A stretch of DNA of 64,000 nucleotides from an uncultured Chlamydiae bacterium (GTDB lineage: Bacteria > Chlamydiota > Chlamydiia > Chlamydiales > Parachlamydiaceae), in contig CAWHMU010000018.1 in assembly GCA_963830365.1 (NCBI GenBank), forward strand, positions 1 to 64,000. Direction: 5' to 3'. Below are positions 51,246-60,320 of the stretch, piece by piece; within the stretch, counting starts at the first letter, position 1; each line of letters begins with the position of its first letter. The position numbers were made by a program, and so were the translations under genes. The notes beneath the pieces are model-generated. The model saw only the letters and a program-made list of their open reading frames with translations, searched no databases and was not told where the DNA came from.

Positions 51246-52838
51246 ATGATGACTGAAACAACAGAGCGTCTTCAATCCTCCCCCGCAGCTGCGCAATGGC
51301 AGAAAATAGGCATCCGCCAGCACCATGGCATCGTCGTGCCTTTATTTTCACTGCATAGCCAAACAAGCTGCGGCATCGGAGAATTTCCCGACCTGATCGC
51401 CCTTTTCCCTTGGTGCCGCAGCATCGGCCTGGACGTCATCCAGCTGCTGCCACTCAATGATCCAGGATTAGATACCAGCCCCTACTGCGCCCTGTCAGCC
51501 TACGCCTTAAATCCTATCCACCTCGGTTTAAGCCAATTGCCGCATGTGGCAGAACACCTGTTCCTGCAACAACAAATCGGAAAGCTGCAACAACTCAATA
51601 GTTGTCAACGCGTAAACTATGCCGCAGTCCAAGCCGGCAAGGAGTCTTTCTTACGCGATTACTATAGCCAGTATGGCGCCTCTGCCATCTTAAAGACCGA
51701 CTATCAGCAATTTAAAAAGCAAAACAAATCCTGGCTTAACGATTACACCCTTTTCAAAACCCTGAAAATCAAACTGGCATGGCAAAACTGGGAAACCTGG
51801 CCTGAGCCCTATATAAACCCCTCCCCAGATTTTCTGCAGCACTTGCCCAGCGACATTGCCGCCGAAATGGACTTTCATTGTTTCGTCCAATACTGCTGCT
51901 TCAAACAGTTCAGCCAAGTCAAACAACAGGCCACCATCGCCGGCATCTTCATTAAAGGCGATATTCCCATCCTCATCAATCGCGAAAGTGCCGACGTATG
52001 GCACCGGCGCGACCTGTTCATGTTGGAATTTGCCGCCGGCGCCCCCCCCGATATGTATGCCCAAGAGGGTCAAAAGTGGGGCTTTCCGCTTTACCAATGG
52101 GAGGCCCTGGCCGCCCAAGGATATCGCTGGTGGATCGAGCGCCTGAAAGTTGCCTCAGCAGGATACCACCTTTATCGCATCGATCATATCGTCGGCTTCT
52201 TCCGCATCTGGGCAATCCCTATCGATAAGAGCGCCATAGAAGGCCACTTCATCCCCAGCGATGAAAACACCTGGATTCCACATGGAAAAAACATCATGGA
52301 GATGATGCTGGCCAATAATGAGATGCTGCCCATCGGCGAAGACCTGGGAACGGTGCCTCCCGAAGTGCGGGTATGCTTGCGCGCCTTAGGCATTTGCGGC
52401 ACCAAGGTCATGCGCTGGGAAAGGCGCTGGCATTCCGATCAAAGCTTTATCGATCCCAAAGCGTATATCCCTGAAAGCATGACAACCGTTTCCACACACG
52501 ATTCAGAAACGCTTGCGCTGTGGTGGCAGAACCGCCCTGACGAATCTCAGGCCTATGCGGCGGCCACCGGCATGCATTATACCCCCCAACTGACATACGA
52601 ACAGCGCATTGCCATCCTCTATGCCAGCCACCACTCCGGCAGCCTGTTTCATATCAACCTGTTGCAAGAATATCTGGCGCTGATTCCCAACCTGACATGG
52701 CCCGATCCCGAAGATGAACGTATCAATATCCCAGGGCTCATCTCAGAACGCAATTGGAGCTATCGTTTCCGCCCTTCAGTTGAAGAAATTGTAGGAAATC
52801 CTACCTTGGAACAAGCCATGAAAGCCATCGTGCATTAA
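51246..52838 (+). CDS. malQ: 4-alpha-glucanotransferase (amylomaltase)
   Basis: GIGEF, QLLPLND, KGDIPI, GAPPD, RIDHIVGFFR, GEDLG, STHD, RINIPG. Confidence 0.95.
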   Translation: MMTETTERLQSSPAAAQWQKIGIRQHHGIVVPLFSLHSQTSCGIGEFPDLIALFPWCRSIGLDVIQLLPLNDPGLDTSPYCALSAYALNPIHLGLSQLPHVAEHLFLQQQIGKLQQLNSCQRVNYAAVQAGKESFLRDYYSQYGASAILKTDYQQFKKQNKSWLNDYTLFKTLKIKLAWQNWETWPEPYINPSPDFLQHLPSDIAAEMDFHCFVQYCCFKQFSQVKQQATIAGIFIKGDIPILINRESADVWHRRDLFMLEFAAGAPPDMYAQEGQKWGFPLYQWEALAAQGYRWWIERLKVASAGYHLYRIDHIVGFFRIWAIPIDKSAIEGHFIPSDENTWIPHGKNIMEMMLANNEMLPIGEDLGTVPPEVRVCLRALGICGTKVMRWERRWHSDQSFIDPKAYIPESMTTVSTHDSETLALWWQNRPDESQAYAAATGMHYTPQLTYEQRIAILYASHHSGSLFHINLLQEYLALIPNLTWPDPEDERINIPGLISERNWSYRFRPSVEEIVGNPTLEQAMKAIVH

Positions 52839-52857
52839 CAGAACATCTACTTTAATC

Positions 52858-54429
52858 ATGAACACCCACCTCTTCCAACGCCTTATCTTCCTATGCCTTA
52901 CCTGGCTGGCAAGCGTCACTTCCGCCCCGGTCATCGCCACCCAAGAACCTTCCTCTGCCAAACTAAAAGCCCTATACAACAGTCTGGACCCAACCTCCAT
53001 CTCCCAACATCTGGCCTTCTACGAACTGTATACCAATGCACCTGAAGGCCAGCAAGCCCTACGCGACGCCTACCGCCTCTTAACCGGCGATGCCTCCTTT
53101 ACCACCGATGCCATCAGCCTGCCGACCTCCCTTGCCTCATCGATCCATGCCATCGTCGGCCTGATCAACAAAAACCCCAGCGACAGCCTGATCGAGCTCA
53201 ACCCCCAAGAACTCATCCTCATCGACAAACTTGCCAACCGTCTGCCAAACCGTCAACTCAAAGGTCATCACACCCTAAGCGAACAGGATGTTTTGAAACT
53301 TCAGCCCGACCAAATCGATCTAGCGCGCGGACTGCTGCTCTCACAACTAGGCGACGGTGCCGACGTGCTGCTTAAAATCAGAAGCTATGAGGCCGCCATC
53401 GATCTAATGGCCCTGCAGATCCTCACCTGCGTCTCCCTGCGCGATCCGCCGGCTGCCAAAATCCGCGCCATGAACCGCTTCATCTTCGAAGAATTAGGCT
53501 TCCGCTTCCCCCCCCACTCCACCTATGCCAAAGACATCGACCTCTACACCTTCCTGCCTTCTGTGCTCGATTCCCGCCGCGGCGTCTGCCTCGGCGTTTC
53601 GATATTATATATCTGCCTGGCACAGCGCCTCAATCTGGACCTGGAAATCGTCATCCCGCCAGGACATATCTTCGTGCGCTGGTGTCAGGGAGAACAGCTG
53701 ATCAATATCGAGACCACGGCCCGCGGCATCCACGTCCCCAATGAAGAGTATTTGGGGGTCGACCTGCGCTTTCTTCCCCGCTGTGATATCAAAGAGACTA
53801 TCGGCATGGCCCATTTCAACCAGGCTTCGGTACATTGGGAACGGCAGGAACATGACAAAGCCATGGCCGCATACCTCAAAGCACTGCCCTATATGCCCAA
53901 TAGCAAGCTGATGACCGGGCTCATGGGCTATATCGCCATCCTGCAAGATAATGCCGAAGAAGGAAAGAAATTGCTCGCACAGGTGGTCGACCACCTTCCC
54001 GAACATGCCATCTCCAAAGATACCATCGCAGAGGACTATCTCAATGGAGTGACTGACAAAGCTGGTATCAAAGCCGTCTTCATGCATGTCGATGAAACAC
54101 GCACCTCGCTGCTCGAAAAGCGTAAGGCTCTTGAAGCTATTATCCAAAAGCAGCCCCGCTTTCGCGAAGGCCTCTTCAGCCTGGCCGGCACCTGGCTGCA
54201 GCTGCATCGCAGCGCCGAAGCCCTGCAAACCCTGCAGCGCTACCATGATATCGATGCACATAACGTCAATGTCGAATATTATCTGGCGGCACTGTATGCC
54301 GAACGCATGGATTTCAATAACGCCTGGCAACACCTGCGTCAGGCTGAAAAATTGGTCCAAGCCCGCCAGCACGACCCTGAAGCACTGATTACACTACGGC
54401 AGGAACTCGCCAAGCTCTGCCCTGAATAA
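52858..54429 (+). CDS. Transglutaminase-like (SirB1-type) domain and TPR protein
   Basis: SVLDSRRGVCLGVSILY, PPGHIFVR, C-terminal TPR-like helices, signal peptide. Confidence 0.78.
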   Translation: MNTHLFQRLIFLCLTWLASVTSAPVIATQEPSSAKLKALYNSLDPTSISQHLAFYELYTNAPEGQQALRDAYRLLTGDASFTTDAISLPTSLASSIHAIVGLINKNPSDSLIELNPQELILIDKLANRLPNRQLKGHHTLSEQDVLKLQPDQIDLARGLLLSQLGDGADVLLKIRSYEAAIDLMALQILTCVSLRDPPAAKIRAMNRFIFEELGFRFPPHSTYAKDIDLYTFLPSVLDSRRGVCLGVSILYICLAQRLNLDLEIVIPPGHIFVRWCQGEQLINIETTARGIHVPNEEYLGVDLRFLPRCDIKETIGMAHFNQASVHWERQEHDKAMAAYLKALPYMPNSKLMTGLMGYIAILQDNAEEGKKLLAQVVDHLPEHAISKDTIAEDYLNGVTDKAGIKAVFMHVDETRTSLLEKRKALEAIIQKQPRFREGLFSLAGTWLQLHRSAEALQTLQRYHDIDAHNVNVEYYLAALYAERMDFNNAWQHLRQAEKLVQARQHDPEALITLRQELAKLCPE

Positions 54430-54455
54430 ACCTAACAAATGAAGGATCACTTAAC

Positions 54456-55040
54456 ATGAAAATATACACCAAAACCGGCGATAAAGGCGAAACCTCATTG
54501 TTCACCGGACAACGCGTGCCTAAAAATGACCCTTTTATCGAAGCCTTGGGATCTGTCGACGAATGCAATTCGGCTTTAGGCATGGCCGTCGCCTTTCTAC
54601 CCCCTTCCAAAGAGATGCTGCCCGTGCGCGAACAACTTGAAACCATCCAGCATGCCCTGTTTGATGTCGGCGCCGCCTTGGCTACCCCGCGCACGCGCGC
54701 CGCAGACGCCAAGCTCGACAAGACACGCTTCGATCAGCAGGAAATCAAGCTGCTTGAAACATGGATCGATGCCATGGATGCGGTGCTGCCCCCTTTGCGC
54801 GCCTTCATCCTGCCCGGCGGCCACCCCTGCGGTTCCTTCCTGCATCTGGCCAGAAGCATCTGCCGGCGCGCCGAACGCCGCGTGCTACCCCTGCACCGGA
54901 CTGCCGACGTCGATGACGATGTGGTGATCTATCTAAACCGCCTGTCAGACTACCTCTTCTGTATCTCGCGCTATGTCAATTTCCTGAGCAACTCCCCCGA
55001 AACACAGTGGATGCAGCATAAACTCAGCCCAAAGACATGA
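54456..55040 (+). CDS. ATP:cob(I)alamin adenosyltransferase (PduO type)
   Basis: KIYTKTGDKGET, GSVDE.NS, FILPGG, RRAERR, YLNRLSDYLF. Confidence 0.93.
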   Translation: MKIYTKTGDKGETSLFTGQRVPKNDPFIEALGSVDECNSALGMAVAFLPPSKEMLPVREQLETIQHALFDVGAALATPRTRAADAKLDKTRFDQQEIKLLETWIDAMDAVLPPLRAFILPGGHPCGSFLHLARSICRRAERRVLPLHRTADVDDDVVIYLNRLSDYLFCISRYVNFLSNSPETQWMQHKLSPKT

Positions 55041-55049
55041 AGGCAATTA

Positions 55050-55247
55050 TAGGCAAATCCACTCTCTTTGTAGCCCGTCAGCTAAGGCTTGCGAGCGAAA
55101 GCGAAGACCGCCGCAGCTACGGGTTTTGAAAAAATTGATTACCCCGTAGGGGTTAAGCTCTTAACTTACAGTTCCCGTAGCTGCGGCGGTCTTCGCTTTC
55201 GCTCGCAAACCTTAACTGACGGGCTACAAAGAGATGGGCTTCGCCTA
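55050..55247. repeat. ~200-bp palindromic element, same family as the core of 30683..31094 and the arms of 40145..40690
   Basis: CTCTTTGTAGCCCGTCAGCTAAGGCTTGCGAGCGAAAGCGAAGACCGCCGCAGCTACGGG and its inverse. Confidence 0.88.
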
Positions 55248-55431
55248 GTAAAATTCCTGGCCTCGTTCACTTTTCCAGTCAAAAAGTTGATTGATAACGT
55301 CAGCGGAAACCCCTCTCTGTGAGATCGGCGGCCTGGCCCAATGGGGCATCGCCGTCAGCAAGGTTCGCGTCGCCTTCCATCCAGACGATATCCTCTATAT
55401 CCCCACCGGTAAAACGCGCACAACATCATCT

Positions 55432-55737
55432 CTAACCGGCCATTGCTTTAAAACGATTCATACACAGGTGAATCCCAATGGCTACAAAGCCAGTCCCCTC
55501 CAAAAGTGTGTTGATGGCTTTTTTCTTCCAGCGAGGATAATATAACATTTCCATACCTACAGATAGATGTGCAAATCCAAAAAACATGGTAAACGATCCA
55601 ATCACGTATGGAATTGTCTCCATAAACAGCTTCGATATCGACTCCTCGATAGGACTGCAATTGGCTTGTGCTGGCCATAGCTGCAGCCGGTGATAATCGC
55701 AATCCGGTGGCGATTGAGTGCTTGACACTACAGGCAT
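55432..55737 (-). CDS. Small membrane protein
   Basis: Two hydrophobic segments, AAGGA RBS, similar to its neighbour 55752..56078. Confidence 0.5.
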   Translation of the reverse strand: MPVVSSTQSPPDCDYHRLQLWPAQANCSPIEESISKLFMETIPYVIGSFTMFFGFAHLSVGMEMLYYPRWKKKAINTLLEGTGFVAIGIHLCMNRFKAMAG

Positions 55738-55751
55738 ATGCTTTCCTTGGG

Positions 55752-56078
55752 CTAGCAGCTAAAATCTTTGACGATATTCATCCGATACAGTTCCCTCTCG
55801 CTGGCCGAGGATCCCGCATTGCCACCAACAATGGCGGCAAGCGCAGCTATTATCGTGCCTCCCCCTAATGCCAGCTGGGCAATCGCCTTATTAGTGCGTT
55901 TTGGGTTGCCCAGGTTAACCAGACCTTGGTAAAAAGTGAAAAAACCTATCGCCAGACTCGAACACACCACGACTGCACCCATATTTGAAAGGGAGGCTGC
56001 TGCTTGGGTGTCTTCTAGACACTTGGACAAAAAAGGGTTTTGCCGGGAAGGGTCATCACAGCTTTCTGATATAACCAT
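55752..56078 (-). CDS. Small membrane protein
   Basis: Two hydrophobic segments, strong TAAGGAG RBS. Confidence 0.6.
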   Translation of the reverse strand: MVISESCDDPSRQNPFLSKCLEDTQAAASLSNMGAVVVCSSLAIGFFTFYQGLVNLGNPKRTNKAIAQLALGGGTIIAALAAIVGGNAGSSASERELYRMNIVKDFSC

Positions 56079-56113
56079 ACTTACTCCTTAGATAAATAAT
56101 TCAACTAGCCTCT

Positions 56114-58075
56114 TCAGTGAGCTTCGGCAGGTTCTGCCCAGCGCCCCTGCCGCTTGATCAGCTCTATTAGCCGATCGTCGGCCGCGGCAAAGCTGATATC
56201 GCGCTCGACACATTCCTTGCCGATATATAAATCGATCATGCCTGGCTTTGAACCCACATAGCCAAAATCGGCATCCGCCATTTCGCCTGGGCCATTGACA
56301 ATGCACCCCATGATGGCAATCTTCACCCCTGGCAGATGGGCCGTGCGGGCTTTGATGCGCTTTGTCACATCCTGCAAATCGAACAGCGTGCGCCCACAGC
56401 TGGGACAGGAGATGAAATCCGTTTTAGACATGCGCATGCGGGCGGCCTGCAAGATGCTGAAACTCAACTGGCGCAGGAACTCCACCTCATAAGGCCCTTC
56501 CAACCACAAGCCATCTCCCAAACCATCGCATAGCAGGCTGCCGCACTCAGCGCCTGCGCGGATGACGACATCTTCCGGCGCACAATCATAGGCAAAATTC
56601 AAAATGACGGGCGTCTTGATATCTCTTTGCTTCAGCCACTCAAAGAAATGGCGCGCCCGGTGCAGCCTATCGCTGCCTGGACTCAGCATAAGCACACTCG
56701 GCCGCAACTGTTCCAGCTGCATCCACTCATGGGGGCCTTCATCGCCAAGTCGAACTGCCAATGGAGAGGCCTCAGTTTTAGCCAGCCTTAAGGCAAATCG
56801 TTCGACATTAGCCTCCTGCCGCCGCGCCTCACAGGCCTCTGTCAAGTTCATCACGCGCACAACGCCTTCGGTAGGCGAACTATCCTGGCAAAACACCCCC
56901 ACGCCAGCCGCCTGTATCTGCAGCAGCCGCCGGCGCAAAGGCGCTTCACTTGGTAGCGTTGGCAATGCAATGCTATCGGCACTTGCCACCGTCACTTTAA
57001 GCTGGTCCCCTTTATCTTCACAGCCTAGGCTGTTAAATAACTCCTTTCCCGCAAGCTCCCCTTGTGCCAGACTGACGATGACGGTGCCGTCACGGTGCAT
57101 GCCTACGTTGCGCGGCAGCACCACACTGCGGCGCTGGATATTGTCTATATGGCGGTGGACTTCAGTGAATGCAGCCCCCCGCGGCAGGGCCGTATAGGCT
57201 TCTCCCAAAGCGATAAGGCGCTGGCAGGGATCGATCTCGCACCAGGCATCTTCGGTCAGCGATACGCGAATGGTATCGCCGATGCCATCAAGCAAAAGCG
57301 CCCCTATGCCCATCGCCGATTTGATCCGTCCATCTTCCCCCTGTCCCGCTTCAGTCACCCCCAAATGCAAGGGGTAATCCCAGCCCAGCTGGTACATTTC
57401 GGCCACCAACAAGCGATAGGCATGCACCATAACTTGTGGATTGGATGACTTCATCGAAAATAGGAAATCGTGATAATCGTTTTTGCGGCAGATGCGGGCA
57501 AATTCAAGCGCCGATTCCAGCATCCCTTTAGGCGTATCGCCATAACGGTTCATGATGCGATCAGATAAGGATCCGTGGTTAGTGCCGATGCGCATAGCGC
57601 GTTTCAATCGCTTGCATTTCTCCACCAGCGGCGTGAATTTCTCTTCGATCTTCGAAAGCTCGGCGGCATATGAGGCGTCGTCGTAGGTGATCACTTTGAA
57701 GGAAGCGCGCTTATCTACAAAGTTGCCGGGATTGATACGGACTTTATCGACGAAATCGATCACTTTCATCGCTGCCGGCGGATAGAAGTGTATATCGGCC
57801 ACTAAAGGTATCGTATAACCTTGCTTAAGCAGCTCGTTTTTGATTTGCTCGCAGGCTTCAGCTTCTTTCATGCCCTGCACGGTGACGCGGGCTATCTCGC
57901 AACCGACATCGGCCAGCCTGATGATTTGATCCACCGTGGCCTTGACATCGCGCGTACTGGAAGTCGTCATCGATTGGATGCGTACAGGATTTGCTCCTCC
58001 CACACCCACCCTGCCGATCAGAATTTCACGCGTGAGCCTGCGCCTGGTATGATCTATCGCTTCACAATATTGCAT
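56114..58075 (-). CDS. ispG: 4-hydroxy-3-methylbut-2-enyl diphosphate synthase (long chlamydial/plant form)
   Basis: IQSMTT, PLVADIHF, RINPGN, RIGTNHGSL, HLGVTEAG, SCPSCGRT, MGCIVNGPGE. Confidence 0.97.
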   Translation of the reverse strand: MQYCEAIDHTRRRLTREILIGRVGVGGANPVRIQSMTTSSTRDVKATVDQIIRLADVGCEIARVTVQGMKEAEACEQIKNELLKQGYTIPLVADIHFYPPAAMKVIDFVDKVRINPGNFVDKRASFKVITYDDASYAAELSKIEEKFTPLVEKCKRLKRAMRIGTNHGSLSDRIMNRYGDTPKGMLESALEFARICRKNDYHDFLFSMKSSNPQVMVHAYRLLVAEMYQLGWDYPLHLGVTEAGQGEDGRIKSAMGIGALLLDGIGDTIRVSLTEDAWCEIDPCQRLIALGEAYTALPRGAAFTEVHRHIDNIQRRSVVLPRNVGMHRDGTVIVSLAQGELAGKELFNSLGCEDKGDQLKVTVASADSIALPTLPSEAPLRRRLLQIQAAGVGVFCQDSSPTEGVVRVMNLTEACEARRQEANVERFALRLAKTEASPLAVRLGDEGPHEWMQLEQLRPSVLMLSPGSDRLHRARHFFEWLKQRDIKTPVILNFAYDCAPEDVVIRAGAECGSLLCDGLGDGLWLEGPYEVEFLRQLSFSILQAARMRMSKTDFISCPSCGRTLFDLQDVTKRIKARTAHLPGVKIAIMGCIVNGPGEMADADFGYVGSKPGMIDLYIGKECVERDISFAAADDRLIELIKRQGRWAEPAEAH

Positions 58076-58418
58076 GACTGCTGTCCCCTCTTCATTAAGA
58101 TAATAACTTCACAAACACGCACAGCCGTTTGGGGCAAGGGATTGGCATTTGAGGATTGGGGTCTGGTTTGTGATTTGAAACTTCTACCATGCATTTCAAG
58201 AAGTCTAACTCCTTTCAAATCGCAAATTGCAAGCCTGATCTCAGTCCCTTCAGCCGCCCTTTGCCATGCGCTTTTGAAAACTTACGATTTTATAATCAGG
58301 CACCTATTATTTGCAATCCCGTTTTGTAATAATGTAAATTTAACAAGCAATTTGACTTTATCTTTCAAATGCGTTATAAATTACTTATTAATCTACAAAC
58401 TTTATTCATTGCTTTTAT

Positions 58419-59885
58419 ATGAAAAACTCCCCTATTCATCCCGTTTTGACTTCTAACTTGCTAGACTCCACCTGTCTGGTTCCAGATAGCCAGATTATCG
58501 ACAGTCCCTCCCGCCTGCTTGCCCAAACATCCGGCTGGCAACAACTTTTCTTAGGGAAAGATAAATCTCATCCGAATAACCGGATCACTCATGCTGTAAA
58601 AGAATTCTTCCAACAACGCTACGATTTTCATCAGAAGGGCATCTTCAAACGCACCTGGAGAGCGCTTCAGATCTATAAGAAATGGAATCCCGCCTCACTG
58701 CTGACTCTCGGCAAGCTACGCGCCATCGATGCCATCTTCAAAAAAAGGCTCATCTATCATGGACCAGGCATCATGCCACCCAAAGACAATCTTCCACACG
58801 CCGATGCCACCATCAAAATGGTGGTCCGCTCCCTGCTGCATGGCGGCAGGACTTCCTCTTCAAATATCTCCAGCGCCGGTATCAAGGCCCTATTTCTCCA
58901 AAAAGATGAAACCCTCTTGCACGGCTTCCGCATGGAACTGCAACATGAATTGGACAATCTGGTCGCCACCACCCCCAAAAATCCTCAAGAGGAACTTCTA
59001 TGGCGCGCCTTCCTCGGCAATGTCGTCGCACTTTTGCCTTATACCTATCCCCATAACGACGATGCCTTCCACATCCCCATCCTCAGCCATGGCGTCTGCC
59101 GCCGCGTAGAATACAAAATCCATGTCATGCCCCTTTCCCTGACCTCGCTATCATCCCCGATGACCGCCTTGGGCCTCACCCCTCTAAACGATGCTGAAGC
59201 GCCGCCAATGCTGGTATATATAGGCACCACCTACCCCGCCGGAGAAGGTTTCGCTACCACCGTGCTGGCAGATTTCACCCCCAACCATTCTGTCGGCGAA
59301 GCCGTTTACAAGTGCAATCAAACACAGATTGACGCCTGGCTAAAAGATAAGACCGGTGTGCACGCCATCGGCGCCAGTTTAGGCGGAGCCTTAGCCCTAC
59401 ATACCCTGCGCCACCATGCCGATAAGCTCAACCGCCTCGACGCCTATAACCCGCCGGGCCTTTATGAAAACTGCTGGCAGAAAAAAATCGACACCACCTG
59501 CAAAGTCAATATCTACCGGCAAGCCGGCGATCTGGTCTCGGAATTGGGCTTTTGGCCCGACAGCGAAAACGTCTCGCTCTATGCCGTCCTATCCCATCAG
59601 GAGAATGTCTCAGAAGACATCCTAAATTCCCACGCCCGCGCCTTCACCGGTCTTAAAGAAGTCACCATCTTAAAACAAAGTCCCGACATAGAGAATAAAT
59701 CCTTTTTCCGACGACTGCTCACCAAATTACACCAATGGCTAGGTCCCATCCTGGTATGGCTGCCGATACGGTGCTTTTTGATCCTCCGCTGGCTGCTGAC
59801 CGGCCTGTACCACGCCATCAGCACCTGCTGCCTTGCGCTTAAAGCCCGCCTTTGGACGCATCAATCCCGCACCAGCCCGCACTAA
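58419..59885 (+). CDS. Alpha/beta-hydrolase (lipase class 3-like) with a C-terminal hydrophobic segment
   Basis: GASLGG nucleophile elbow, YNPPG, GDLVS, later His (NSH). Confidence 0.7.
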   Translation: MKNSPIHPVLTSNLLDSTCLVPDSQIIDSPSRLLAQTSGWQQLFLGKDKSHPNNRITHAVKEFFQQRYDFHQKGIFKRTWRALQIYKKWNPASLLTLGKLRAIDAIFKKRLIYHGPGIMPPKDNLPHADATIKMVVRSLLHGGRTSSSNISSAGIKALFLQKDETLLHGFRMELQHELDNLVATTPKNPQEELLWRAFLGNVVALLPYTYPHNDDAFHIPILSHGVCRRVEYKIHVMPLSLTSLSSPMTALGLTPLNDAEAPPMLVYIGTTYPAGEGFATTVLADFTPNHSVGEAVYKCNQTQIDAWLKDKTGVHAIGASLGGALALHTLRHHADKLNRLDAYNPPGLYENCWQKKIDTTCKVNIYRQAGDLVSELGFWPDSENVSLYAVLSHQENVSEDILNSHARAFTGLKEVTILKQSPDIENKSFFRRLLTKLHQWLGPILVWLPIRCFLILRWLLTGLYHAISTCCLALKARLWTHQSRTSPH

Positions 59886-60254
59886 TTCAACGCCAAGCGT
59901 GACAGTTCCTTCGGCCCCCTATCGGGAAAGAACAATATGTCAAATTCTCATTAAGATCATGGTATAAACACTCCTTATGTTTGCGTCTCTGCGTTTGACT
60001 GGCGCCAAAAACCAAGATTAAGAAGGCTTATGCATTCCCATTGTCTCTTGGGAACATTCATTGTATCAACTTTAACGCAAAGACGCAAAGACGCAAAGAC
60101 GCAAGCACCAAAATATAGTGATGACCGTTTTTGCGGCTTGTCCCTTTGCGCCTTGACGCTCTTTTTCATTGAATCTAGAAACGGCAGTTGAATCGAATGC
60201 TCAGTCTATTACCTTAGCATATTGATATAATCAGGCCTCCGCCTTTTCTTCCAC

Positions 60255-60283
60255 TTGACAAAACCAATACATCTTCCTATGCT
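60255..60283 (+). promoter_or_regulatory. Sigma66/70-type promoter of clpB
   Basis: TTGACA-17 nt-TATGCT about 40 nt upstream of the start. AGGAGG RBS. Confidence 0.65.
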
Positions 60284-60320
60284 GGCAACTTCTACTATAG
60301 ACTGAAAGAACAGGAGGATA

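Noticed and set aside
60283..60308. CIRCE operator upstream of clpB
   Set aside because: TGGCA-N15-TGAAAG only weakly resembles TTAGCACTC-N9-GAGTGCTAA, so it is not supportable.
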